IMG/VR virus record: IMGVR_UViG_3300044994_000093
Source: a virus
DNA length: 41,366 bases
Direction: 5' to 3' (one strand)
Notes under the pieces: model-generated
Database searches by the model: none
Told to the model about the DNA's origin: nothing
Seen by the model: only the letters and a program-made list of their open reading frames with translations
Made by a program: the position numbers and the translations under genes
Part shown: positions 1 through 8,090 of the stretch, piece after piece
Layout of the letters: each line of letters opens with the position of its first letter
How positions within the stretch are numbered: position 1 is the first letter of the stretch

Positions 1-127
1 CGACGTGAGCCAGCGTCATAGGGCAACGGGTCATCGATACGCGCCCGGCGATCGGTAAACAGCGAGACGATCACTGCCGAATGCAGGTCCTGGCCGGTGG
101 CCAGATCAGCGTTCTCCAGATAGAAAT
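1..127. repeat. Terminal direct repeat. Bases 1-127 are identical to 41240-41366, so the window is a linearised circular or terminally redundant genome with 41239 bp of unique sequence.
   Basis: Read directly: cgacgtgagccagcgtcatagg...gttctccagatagaaat is present at both ends with a constant offset of 41239. Confidence 0.95.
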
Positions 128-170
128 CGAACAGTGTGTCGTCGATGAATTGAAAGCGAAGATCCGCCAT
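1..170 (-). CDS. Baseplate protein, Mu gp46-like (GP46 family), 5' part. The gene wraps the linearisation point and continues at 41239 down to 40936.
   Basis: ATG at 170 lies 9 nt after the gp45 stop, preceded by TAAGGG. Translation is MADLRFQFIDDTLFDFYLENADLATGQDLHSAVIVSLFTDRRA, in frame with ORF 40936..41313. The joined gene is 474 nt. Confidence 0.8.
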   Translation of the reverse strand, partial: MADLRFQFIDDTLFDFYLENADLATGQDLHSAVIVSLFTDRRARIDDPLPYDAGSR

Positions 171-179
171 TGTGGGCCC

Positions 180-701
180 TTACTGCTGCTGGTTCGGTAC
201 GTTGGTCGTCGAACCGGTCTCCGGATGCCTATGAATATTGTAAATATCCCGGTCGGCTTCCATGCTCCGGACGCCATCGGACACGTTGCCGGTGGCATGA
301 ATATCGCCGGTTACCGTGAGATTACCCTCGACGCTCACGCCGCCTGTGGCCGCAAAGATGCTAATGGCGCCGGTGGCGTTGTGCAGCGTTATGTAAATGC
401 CGGTGGCCGTATAAATTGAGACATCGCCAGGCAGAAGGCCTTTCTTCCGATATCGCCGGTCGTCGGCCACAATCACAATCGGATGATCTCGGTTCCCGCC
501 TACGCACAAGGCCACTGCCTCGGCACCAGTGAGAGGGACGGACGAGAATCCATAATTCTGATAGCGCTCGACTGTGTTGTGGGTCTCTTCGGCCAGCAAG
601 TCAATCTGCATCGTCTGGATGCCGGGCGCGTCATTCACCAGGTTCACCAGCGCCCGGCCCAGCATATTCTTAACCATCCGAGCCACCGCCTGCAGGGTCA
701 T
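180..701 (-). CDS. Baseplate assembly protein V / central spike (Mu gp45, P2 gpV-like)
   Basis: 173 aa. Contains YQNYGFSSVPLTGAEAVALCVGGNRDHPIVIVADDRRYR followed by a beta-helical C-terminus with H-x-H (NIHRHPETG), as recalled for gpV-type spikes. ATGA overlap with the upstream gene. Confidence 0.8.
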   Translation of the reverse strand: MTLQAVARMVKNMLGRALVNLVNDAPGIQTMQIDLLAEETHNTVERYQNYGFSSVPLTGAEAVALCVGGNRDHPIVIVADDRRYRKKGLLPGDVSIYTATGIYITLHNATGAISIFAATGGVSVEGNLTVTGDIHATGNVSDGVRSMEADRDIYNIHRHPETGSTTNVPNQQQ

Positions 702-1798
702 AGGTCGAACTCCTCGGTGTCTTTCTTGCGCTTTTTGTTTTTCTTGCGGCCTTTCTTCTTTTTCACCGGCGGCAACTCAAACTCAATGAGCAGCTGATAG
801 GCTTGCGGCCTGACGACAGTCAGCTGGGTGATCTGCCCGCCATTATCGTCAACGGTAAACGTCAGCTCAGAAATCAGCATATTGGCATTGATGCCGCAGG
901 TGGCGCTGATGACCTTGACGATGGTGTTCACCGTCCAGAGCTGGCCATTGGGGTTGAGCCATCCCTGAACCGTGATGGTGGCTTTCCGGGAACGTCCGGA
1001 ACGCACCGCCACTTCCCATCGTGCCCTATCCAGGCAGCGTGAGGAGGTGGCCTGCCCTTCCGCCTGGACAAGTAGTGGGCGATAACGGGAAATCTCTGGA
1101 TCGCGGGCACTGCCCAGGCCCTTGGTGGACACCTGGCCAGGGGTGTTGTCATCGCCTTGGGTTTGGCCTTTCACGTAAATCGTGCTGAACCGCTCACGGG
1201 CGTTGAAATTGCCCTGGATCGCCTTAATCAAACCGCCCTCTTTGAGCGTGATGCCAGAGGGAATGCTCTTGGCCCGCGTAATTAACAGGCCGCCCTGGTC
1301 ATCCGCCATGGCCAGTACGGCACGCAGGCGGCACATCCGCTCGATCGCCTCGTACACTGTCTCGCCCTGCTGAATGGCGAACTTGGGAAACGCCGCGCCG
1401 GTGTCCACATCCGCTCGGACTTTGATACCGAATGGGGCGCAAAGGATGGTGGCAATCGCCTCAAGCGTGAGCCCTGACCATTGCCCAGTGGGATGGACTG
1501 CAGAACAGTCAACCAGGTCGCCGGTGGTGTCCCGCCCGGATACATCAAGGCCGTGGGACTTGTCATCCAGGGACACATTGACCTCGTCCACGTAGCCGGT
1601 GAGGATGGTGGACGAACCGATGCGCACCTTGCAGCTGTCGCCTGGAAAAATCTGCCGGACTTTCTCGGTGACTGCCCACGGATCAGATAGGCCCAGGCGA
1701 AACTCACCAGAGAGCGTCTCCATCGAGCGCGTCACCTCGATGGTTTTCCAGCCGACGTTGGCCTGTCCGTTGATGGAAAGTGATAGAAGCGTGCTCAC
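698..1798 (-). CDS. Baseplate hub protein (Mu gp44 / P2 gpD late control D family) with an unusual polybasic C-terminal tail
   Basis: 366 aa, positioned between the DNA circulation protein and gp45 as in Mu. The C-terminus reads PPVKKKKGRKKNKKRKKDTEEFDL. Confidence 0.7.
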   Translation of the reverse strand: MSTLLSLSINGQANVGWKTIEVTRSMETLSGEFRLGLSDPWAVTEKVRQIFPGDSCKVRIGSSTILTGYVDEVNVSLDDKSHGLDVSGRDTTGDLVDCSAVHPTGQWSGLTLEAIATILCAPFGIKVRADVDTGAAFPKFAIQQGETVYEAIERMCRLRAVLAMADDQGGLLITRAKSIPSGITLKEGGLIKAIQGNFNARERFSTIYVKGQTQGDDNTPGQVSTKGLGSARDPEISRYRPLLVQAEGQATSSRCLDRARWEVAVRSGRSRKATITVQGWLNPNGQLWTVNTIVKVISATCGINANMLISELTFTVDDNGGQITQLTVVRPQAYQLLIEFELPPVKKKKGRKKNKKRKKDTEEFDL

Positions 1799-3000
1799 AC
1801 CAGCACCTGCAGCTCACTGCCTCCAGGGACAAAGCCCGGATGCCGGATTTTGTTCCGGTCGATAAGATCCTGATCGCGCTCGGCTGAATCGTATTGTTCA
1901 TAGGTGACAGCCAGGGCTGGGAGCGTTTCCCGGAGGCGTACTGTTTTGACGCGCTCCAGGTTGCCGCCTCGGGTCGTCACATCAGCCACCACCGCCGTGT
2001 GTAAGTCAACGAAGGCCTGCAGCACTTCATCATCATCGGTATCGCCGATGGTCAGAATCTCGTCGTCCAGGTAGGTGGCAACCTCGTCCCGGAATACCAC
2101 CGCGTCGTCATAGCTGTCGAAGTCGATATCCGGAACCGCCTTGGCCATCCCGATGAGGGCCTCACGGCGCACCAGGTCAACCTGGGCCTTGCGATTCTGT
2201 GCCTGCCGCTCTCGGGTGGTTGTCGTGGTGGGTACCGGCACAAAATCATCACCAAAGGCCAGTAAGCGCTTGAACGCTTTGTAGGCATTCAGCGCATCTG
2301 GAAAGACCTGATCCAGGGCGTTGGTGATTTCCTGCACCCTAGCGACAAAGCTGCGAGGGTTGCGAACCAGAGTCGATTTCTCCGACACAAAATCCGACAC
2401 GGAACCAAACAAGACCGGGCTGATTTCCGGATCCACCGGGTAGGCATTGCCAGCCGCTTCGATCTGGTCAGCCATAGCAACGCTCACGGTTTCGGCATCG
2501 GTGGCGACGAATTCCGGGAAACCGTCGGTATCGAACTTGGCCTCGAACGTGGTGGCCACGGTTTCCTGGGCTGTTTCAGCCTTGGTCAGGATAGCGGCCC
2601 GCGTGTCGATGTCTGCCTTGGGGTATTGATTCTCGCCAGCCTGGACGAATACCAGGGTGAGGTACTCGATGCCGCCCTCGTTCTTGCTCCAGCTGGTTTT
2701 GCAGCCATCCGCCGGGATAACGTCGATGGAGCCTAGCGTCGGATGGATGAGCGTCCCCGGTTCGGAGCGGTCCTCGATGGCAGCGATAAGTCGATCCCGC
2801 TGCTCCGGGTACTCCTCACCCAGGAGGTACGCTGTCAGGTTGTATGTTCTGGCCTTACGGCCCAGGTCTTCGCCGTAGGGGTCATCCCGGTACGGGTACT
2901 CGTGCAACACATTGCGCCGCCCAAAGTCCACATCCGCCGAATCCACATAGAATTCAACGCCTCTGAAGCTCGCTTTTTGTAAACGGTCACGCCAGGCCAT
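1795..3000 (-). CDS. DNA circulation protein (Mu gp43 / N-like)
   Basis: 401 aa. N-terminus MAWRDRLQKASFRGVEFYVDSADVDFGRRNVLHEYPYRDDPYGEDLG matches the recalled DNA-circularisation N-terminal motif. Lies immediately downstream of the tape measure gene. Confidence 0.8.
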   Translation of the reverse strand: MAWRDRLQKASFRGVEFYVDSADVDFGRRNVLHEYPYRDDPYGEDLGRKARTYNLTAYLLGEEYPEQRDRLIAAIEDRSEPGTLIHPTLGSIDVIPADGCKTSWSKNEGGIEYLTLVFVQAGENQYPKADIDTRAAILTKAETAQETVATTFEAKFDTDGFPEFVATDAETVSVAMADQIEAAGNAYPVDPEISPVLFGSVSDFVSEKSTLVRNPRSFVARVQEITNALDQVFPDALNAYKAFKRLLAFGDDFVPVPTTTTTRERQAQNRKAQVDLVRREALIGMAKAVPDIDFDSYDDAVVFRDEVATYLDDEILTIGDTDDDEVLQAFVDLHTAVVADVTTRGGNLERVKTVRLRETLPALAVTYEQYDSAERDQDLIDRNKIRHPGFVPGGSELQVLV

Positions 3001-3002
3001 CG

Positions 3003-4670
3003 CTAATACCCCGGCGCCATCATAGGACCACGGGCCGCCTTGTTGGTGCTGACGACGACTTTACGCGCCGTCCGGCTCTCCACATTGGCCACCTGGGGCA
3101 TGCCTTTGGAATCGATGGTCAGCGTGATGTGCAGCTCGTCTCTTCCACCCATCTGGCGCTGGTTGAGAATCCGTCCCGACTGATTGGGGATGAATGTTTC
3201 CTGCCCGAACTCACCCACGGTATACGCCAGGCCTGCGCGAACCGGTCCGCCAATCGCCCGCTTGCCGCCTTTTTGAGCCATGATGGCGTCGTATCGTTTC
3301 CGAGCCGCAGGGTTCAACTTGCTGGTATCCATCACGGTCGCTCGACCGCCGCCGGTGGCATAATTCAATAAGGCCGGAACTTCTTTCAGGTTCGAGACGA
3401 TCCGATCCACCAGCTGCTTAAACGGCGTCCACTTGTTATACAAAATCGTCCCGGCAATGCCGATGGCGGTAATGGTAATGAGCGCAGGCGCAAATGGAGC
3501 CAGAGCCGTGAGCAATAGCCTGCCAAAGGTCACCACCGCCGTGCCAATCATGCCCCAGTTGAGGCCCATCAAACCAAGGCCTGCATTGATTAGACCAACC
3601 CCGGCAACGATGGATTGAATGTAGCTCACGACCACTGGAATGGCCATGGCCGCGACGATGACCTTTAACAGGTTGCCATAGCCGCCCAGGTTCTTTGCCA
3701 AGGCTGCAATCGTGCCGCCGATTTGTTTCAGGACTGGCCAGACTTCAATGGCTGCCTGTTTAAGTTCAACGAACATCGCCTTGAGTTCTGTGCCAACACT
3801 CTGAGCCAGCTTTTTCATACTGCCATCGTTGGCCATCTGGTTGAGTGAATCCAGGACTCCGGACACTTCGTCCTTCATCATGTCGAACAGCCCGGAGCCC
3901 ATCACCATCAACTCAAACCGGGTGAATGCATCCGAAATATTGGAGAGCATCCCGGCAAAGGTCTTCGACTGTTTCTCCATCGCACCGGCGTACTTATTGT
4001 TCCAGATGCCCATCAGGGTCGCCTGGATCAGCTCCCGGTTGTTGGCCTTGACCTTCTTGACGACTGTCTTACCGTTCTTGTCCGTGTATTCATAGGCAAT
4101 CATCCCGCCGCCTTTTCGGGCCTTGATGCCAAATTCCTTCAGGCGCTCATTTTCGCCAGTAATGGCATCGGCGATGGCTTCCACCGATTGCATCAACGGT
4201 TTACCCATCGCAGCGGATGTGTCACCCAGCGAACGCAGAAGGCCTTTGGTTGGCTCCATCCCATAGGCACGTAGCCGTACAAAGGCCTCTGTGACTTCAC
4301 CGATTTCGTAGGGAGTGGTGGCTGCAAAATTCGAAACCCAGCTCAGGGCTTTCTCCGCCTTTTTGGAGGAACCTTCGACGGTTTCCAAAATCGTTCGGTA
4401 GTTTTCAAACTCAACGGCCGTGTCCACAAACAGCTTTTTAAAGGCATAACCGCCTACGGCAGCCATTGCCGTCAACCTGGCTGCAAAAGCCCCGGTTTCT
4501 TTTCCTGCGTTGGATAACGAGCTTTTGAATTTGTCGGTGGCGTTAGCCATCGACTTGAGATGCCCCGACGCTTTGAGCTGGTTCAGATGTGAGCCAAGCT
4601 GCTTCAAAGGCCCGGACGCTTTATCCAGGGCCTTGATCACTATGGCGACTGAGTACTCTTTGAATCCCAT
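3003..4670 (-). CDS. Tail tape measure protein
   Basis: 555 aa, helical N-terminal half, long hydrophobic Gly/Ala-rich segment (aa ~340-420). Positioned after the chaperone pair. Ends in TAG. Confidence 0.85.
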   Translation of the reverse strand: MGFKEYSVAIVIKALDKASGPLKQLGSHLNQLKASGHLKSMANATDKFKSSLSNAGKETGAFAARLTAMAAVGGYAFKKLFVDTAVEFENYRTILETVEGSSKKAEKALSWVSNFAATTPYEIGEVTEAFVRLRAYGMEPTKGLLRSLGDTSAAMGKPLMQSVEAIADAITGENERLKEFGIKARKGGGMIAYEYTDKNGKTVVKKVKANNRELIQATLMGIWNNKYAGAMEKQSKTFAGMLSNISDAFTRFELMVMGSGLFDMMKDEVSGVLDSLNQMANDGSMKKLAQSVGTELKAMFVELKQAAIEVWPVLKQIGGTIAALAKNLGGYGNLLKVIVAAMAIPVVVSYIQSIVAGVGLINAGLGLMGLNWGMIGTAVVTFGRLLLTALAPFAPALITITAIGIAGTILYNKWTPFKQLVDRIVSNLKEVPALLNYATGGGRATVMDTSKLNPAARKRYDAIMAQKGGKRAIGGPVRAGLAYTVGEFGQETFIPNQSGRILNQRQMGGRDELHITLTIDSKGMPQVANVESRTARKVVVSTNKAARGPMMAPGY

Positions 4671-5046
4671 GCTTCCTGCGCCTTATTGGCTTCGATACAG
4701 GTATTGGCCCAGAACGTTAACTGGCCAGCTGTGAGTTTTTCGATGTCGCGAATTCCGCCGCCACACTGGCAAGCGAGTCTCCAGGCAATAACCGCCCAAT
4801 CTTCAGGGAATCGGGCAAAAAAGGTGTCACGGCGCTTTCGAGCTTGTCGAAGTCATCCAGCATCATTTCACCCAGTGCGCCTGGTGTGATTCCGGCCAGT
4901 GTACCAACCAAGGCATAAATGCGTTCTTCGGCGTTGGTTAGATGCGCCGTCTCGCGCATGTGCTTGACTCGGGGTTCTTTGATCTGAACCGTGGTCGTCA
5001 TCTGCCCGTCAATCTCAACGGGATTTTTTAACTCAACGGTGATCAT
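4640..5046 (-). CDS. Predicted -1 frameshift fusion product of the tail assembly chaperone
   Basis: After a slip at 4816..4822 the -1 frame stays open for 63 codons (ARFPEDWAVIAWRLACQCGGGIRDIEKLTAGQLTFWANTCIEANKAQEAW...) and ends at TAG 4640..4642, inside the tape measure start region. Confidence 0.55.
4717..5046 (-). CDS. Tail assembly chaperone (Mu gp41-like), zero-frame product
   Basis: 109 aa between the tube and tape measure genes. Contains a T_TTT_TTG slippery site. Confidence 0.75.
   Translation of the reverse strand: MITVELKNPVEIDGQMTTTVQIKEPRVKHMRETAHLTNAEERIYALVGTLAGITPGALGEMMLDDFDKLESAVTPFLPDSLKIGRLLPGDSLASVAAEFATSKNSQLAS
4816..4822 (-). promoter_or_regulatory. Slippery heptanucleotide T_TTT_TTG (X_XXY_YYZ) for programmed -1 frameshifting
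   Basis: Minus-strand codons read CC[T TTT TTG] in the chaperone zero frame. Confidence 0.55.
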
Positions 5047-5408
5047 GCCTGAGCCACGCTTTCTTGGATTTCAACACCTTCCCAGCGCACGTTGAACTTG
5101 CCCTCAACCGCATCCAGCTCAATGGCTGTAACCACCCAGGCATTCCGGAGGACGTAACGGGTGCCGTCGATGAGTTCGGCGGTAATTGTCGCATCCTTCT
5201 GGTCTTTGATTTTTTGAACCGAGATGCCCTTACGTGTTAGCTCTGCCTCAATAAATGGGGGCTTGGGCATCTCTTTATACCCGTGGACGGCATCAACACC
5301 CACAATGGTCTCTCGCTCCAGGTCAGAGACGCCAACGGTGACCGAGCCGCCCAGGGCTACAAGCTCACCGTCGATTTTTAGAAATACTTTTCCCGCAATT
5401 GCGCCCAT
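5043..5408 (-). CDS. Tail tube protein (Mu gp40 / M-like)
   Basis: 121 aa directly downstream of the sheath gene. Sequence MGAIAGKVFLKIDGELVALGG...; ATGA-type overlap with the chaperone gene. Confidence 0.75.
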   Translation of the reverse strand: MGAIAGKVFLKIDGELVALGGSVTVGVSDLERETIVGVDAVHGYKEMPKPPFIEAELTRKGISVQKIKDQKDATITAELIDGTRYVLRNAWVVTAIELDAVEGKFNVRWEGVEIQESVAQA

Positions 5409-5426
5409 GTTGGTCGATAACCTCCG

Positions 5427-6581
5427 TTACAATCTGAACTGGATCTGGGTGGCGATGATCCGCAGCTGGTTGACGAGATCCGGCGGAAGCAGGATATTGA
5501 CCCGGTTCGGGTCACTGCCGTCACGCTCCACCACCAGGTCGTCCTTGAACTGGTCGACGTTTTCCACCAGGCCGTTCTCTTCCCAGAGCCCGAACAACGC
5601 GATGCACTCGTCCCGGATATCGCGAGGTGTGACCAAGGCCTGACCAACACCCACGCGGGTGCCGTCGTCGGCAATTTTGTATCGTGGAAACTTGAGCTTC
5701 ATCCGAGTCCGGAACGATTGAGACAAGTAGGCCAGGGTTGCCATCGTCTCTGTGTCAAGGTAGGACGGATCTGGTGCGCTTGCCACGTTGAGCTGGTAGG
5801 TCGTCGCTGCCCGCTCGATGCGTACGGTACCATCGCGATCCACACTGAATGTGGCGATGCCGTCGGTGAGCAGAATATTTCGTTCACTCAACAGGAACCG
5901 GCTCGTCAATGGTGGCGCGAGAACGCCTTTAAGATCCAGCGTCTGCAACGGCCTGGCCGGGTCGATGGTCAGGTAGTAGGCCGCCACCGCCGCGTACGCC
6001 GCTGCCCATTCATAGGGGGGTGTCGGGCTATCGTTGTAACCCATAATCGTCAAGTGCTGGCTGTTGTGCGAATTGCCCAGGGTGGTTAAATTCGCCACCG
6101 TGGCCCGGTGCGCCGAAAAAGCATGTGACTCCAGCAATACCAACGGCCCCCAGCGCAGCGTTAACTCGGTTTTCAACGCTGACAGGTTGGTGCTGTCGGT
6201 GTAAGGGTTGACGATGAAATCATAGATTTCCTCGGGCATGGCATCGATTGCGGTTTGCAGTGTCGGGTTGGTCGTTCCGGAAGCCATCGCCGTGATGGTC
6301 AGCGTCACGCCCGCCGGTGTTTTCTCGCCGCCCAGGCTGCCCCGGTAATTGGTGCGGATGTCGATATCATTGCCCCACAGACCCTTGTGCCTGCAAGCGA
6401 TGGTCACGGTGGCCGTATCAACAGTAGAGGTCACTGGCAAGTCGGCTGCCGCGTTGATGGCTGCATTGATGGCGGTCGCAATACTGCTGGCGGTATCGGC
6501 TGTGGTCACGCCAATGGTGAGACGCTGGCCAGCAATATAGAGATTAATCGTACCGGCCTCGGTCGGTGTGCCACTCACCAC
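5427..6581 (-). CDS. Tail sheath protein, C-terminal 384-aa segment. The frame is open upstream as far as the TAG at 6633.
   Basis: First start codon is GTG 6581. The 17 codons upstream (AIALDDNGSGVAATGTI) are in the same frame as the N-terminal fragment. Confidence 0.85.
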   Translation of the reverse strand: MVSGTPTEAGTINLYIAGQRLTIGVTTADTASSIATAINAAINAAADLPVTSTVDTATVTIACRHKGLWGNDIDIRTNYRGSLGGEKTPAGVTLTITAMASGTTNPTLQTAIDAMPEEIYDFIVNPYTDSTNLSALKTELTLRWGPLVLLESHAFSAHRATVANLTTLGNSHNSQHLTIMGYNDSPTPPYEWAAAYAAVAAYYLTIDPARPLQTLDLKGVLAPPLTSRFLLSERNILLTDGIATFSVDRDGTVRIERAATTYQLNVASAPDPSYLDTETMATLAYLSQSFRTRMKLKFPRYKIADDGTRVGVGQALVTPRDIRDECIALFGLWEENGLVENVDQFKDDLVVERDGSDPNRVNILLPPDLVNQLRIIATQIQFRL

Positions 6582-6632
6582 AATCGTACCGGTGGCGGCA
6601 ACGCCGGAGCCGTTGTCGTCCAGAGCAATGGC

Positions 6633-6902
6633 CTAGGACTCGGTGTAGTTGTTATTGAGTTTTAAGGCCTTAAACATATTGGCCAGCTGGGAGCCACGGC
6701 CAAAATAGGTGACGGCCTGCTCGTAGCTGGTCACCAGTGTTGGAACGCCAGCGGCTACAGTACCGGCAGATAAGCGCTGCCCGAACACCATCAGACGGGT
6801 GGCAAATCGAATCAGCCCCTTGTTGGCTTTCGTGTTGTCAATTTCGACGTAAACACCAGGAACCCGAATATTCGACGGGATCGTATTAAATGAAACGGCC
6901 AC
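6633..6902 (-). CDS. Tail sheath protein, N-terminal 89-aa segment ending at an in-frame TAG
   Basis: MAVSFNTIPSNIRVPGVYVEIDN is the typical contractile-sheath N-terminus. GTG start overlaps the upstream TAG by 1 nt. Confidence 0.85.
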   Translation of the reverse strand: MAVSFNTIPSNIRVPGVYVEIDNTKANKGLIRFATRLMVFGQRLSAGTVAAGVPTLVTSYEQAVTYFGRGSQLANMFKALKLNNNYTES

Positions 6903-7087
6903 TACTTATCGCCTCCCTTGTTTTTCTGAGGCGAGGATTCTGCCTCGGATGCCAATACCACATCCCCATCAGCCAGCCGACGCCGCCAATAGGTCGTATC
7001 CGTCACGGCAGCGCCTTCCGGCGGCAGAATCCGCAACGTGTGTGGGTCACGGATGACCAGACTCGGGTGTGCAGGCTTTACATACAC
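6902..7087 (-). CDS. Small conserved tail-module protein (Mu gp38 / DUF2635-like)
   Basis: 61 aa immediately upstream of the sheath gene. MYVKPAHPSLVIRDPHTLRILPPEG resembles the recalled DUF2635 pattern. Confidence 0.6.
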   Translation of the reverse strand: MYVKPAHPSLVIRDPHTLRILPPEGAAVTDTTYWRRRLADGDVVLASEAESSPQKNKGGDK

Positions 7088-7105
7088 AGTTCAAGGCTCC
7101 CGTCG

Positions 7106-7134
7106 ATAATGCAAACAGCGATTAATCGCATTAT
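7106..7134. promoter_or_regulatory. Inverted repeat ATAATGC...GCATTAT enclosing the perfect 12-bp palindrome GCGATTAATCGC (7118..7129)
   Basis: Read directly. Lies in the only sizeable gap (86 nt) of the head-tail operon, just upstream of the sheath sub-operon. Confidence 0.3.
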
Positions 7135-7173
7135 TCCAAATTCTGCAAGGCCTTTGTTTCGTCACGCCATTTG

Positions 7174-7782
7174 TCAGGATTGGGGCAGATTCACCAAGTC
7201 TGTTTTATCGATCTGGCCGTCCGGGCCATCGACGTCTGTATTCCGAGGCGAATACATATCCCACTCAACACTGAGCGTTTCGAGGTTTGGAATCTGATCC
7301 AGATCCTCGATGGTGATTTCATCCTGCTCATACGTGCATTTATAGCCGATTTTCGCCACGGCGATGGGTTGCTCACCATCGACAATCATGGCGATTTCCG
7401 TGCGGTCATACAGGCAGCTTTCGACGATTCGGTCATCTTTGTTTGACGCCAGGTAGTAGGGGATGCGGGCCATAATCTGCTCGCACATCGTATCGAGATC
7501 GGCGGCATAGGTATCATTGGCCTTGACGATGACTTCGACATCGAGGGCGCATTCCATTTTATAAACGAGTGGCGGATCGCAAATCACTTCCAGCACCCGG
7601 TCATCCAGCGTGTACACATTAATGGCGGGCAATTCGGTGGCGTCTTCAAGCCTGGCCTGGTGCGCCAATATCCGTGAATCATACACACGGCCTTGTGCGC
7701 TTGTCGGGTAAACGCCAGGGCTGATGGCCGTACCCAGCCGGGCCACGACATAGTCTCGAATTAATTTTCGCTTGAGCGTCAT
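7174..7782 (-). CDS. Tail terminator / tail completion protein, assigned by position (Mu gp37 slot)
   Basis: 202 aa, located between the head-tail adaptor and the gp38/sheath genes. Confidence 0.5.
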   Translation of the reverse strand: MTLKRKLIRDYVVARLGTAISPGVYPTSAQGRVYDSRILAHQARLEDATELPAINVYTLDDRVLEVICDPPLVYKMECALDVEVIVKANDTYAADLDTMCEQIMARIPYYLASNKDDRIVESCLYDRTEIAMIVDGEQPIAVAKIGYKCTYEQDEITIEDLDQIPNLETLSVEWDMYSPRNTDVDGPDGQIDKTDLVNLPQS

Positions 7783-7784
7783 GA

Positions 7785-8087
7785 CTATCCTCGGTGGAGA
7801 TAAACCTCGGTGATGCCGGTGCCGTCTGGACGCTTGTCTGCCATCCGGTACTGAACGCCACTAACATAGACCGGCGTGCCAGTGGGTTTATTCTGAACAT
7901 CCATCGATCGGCAGGTGATTTTTGGTTGGCTAGTCGACACCGCTGCGACGCCTTCCTCCATCTGCCAGAATTCGTTGTCAAAAATGGCCCGGATGGTGGT
8001 TTGATTGCCAACCGGGCCAATTTGAACCTCCTGGGCAAATTCCGTGAGGTTGAAAAACAGGTCGATGTTTTCAAAATCCAGCGTCAT
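7785..8087 (-). CDS. Head-tail joining / head closure protein (lambda FII-like attachment family candidate)
   Basis: 100 aa. C-terminal pattern GTPVYVSGVQYRMADKRPDGTGITEVYLHR resembles recalled head-tail attachment proteins. Confidence 0.5.
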   Translation of the reverse strand: MTLDFENIDLFFNLTEFAQEVQIGPVGNQTTIRAIFDNEFWQMEEGVAAVSTSQPKITCRSMDVQNKPTGTPVYVSGVQYRMADKRPDGTGITEVYLHRG

Positions 8088-8090
8088 GGG

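Larger units (their letters stand above)
5427..6902 (-). pseudogene. Complete Mu gp39 / L-type tail sheath reading frame (491 codons) interrupted by one amber codon at 6633..6635. Status is unresolved: true pseudogene, suppression/readthrough, or consensus error.
   Basis: Both segments share the same codon phase (first codon bases are 2 mod 3) and join without any other stop. Confidence 0.6.

Noticed and set aside
6633-6635. Genome-wide reassignment of TAG (stop-codon recoding) as the explanation for the sheath amber codon.
   Set aside because: TAG terminates at least the tape measure, capsid, gp38-like, patatin, higA and 28774 ORFs at sensible positions next to downstream starts. Only one gene shows an internal TAG.
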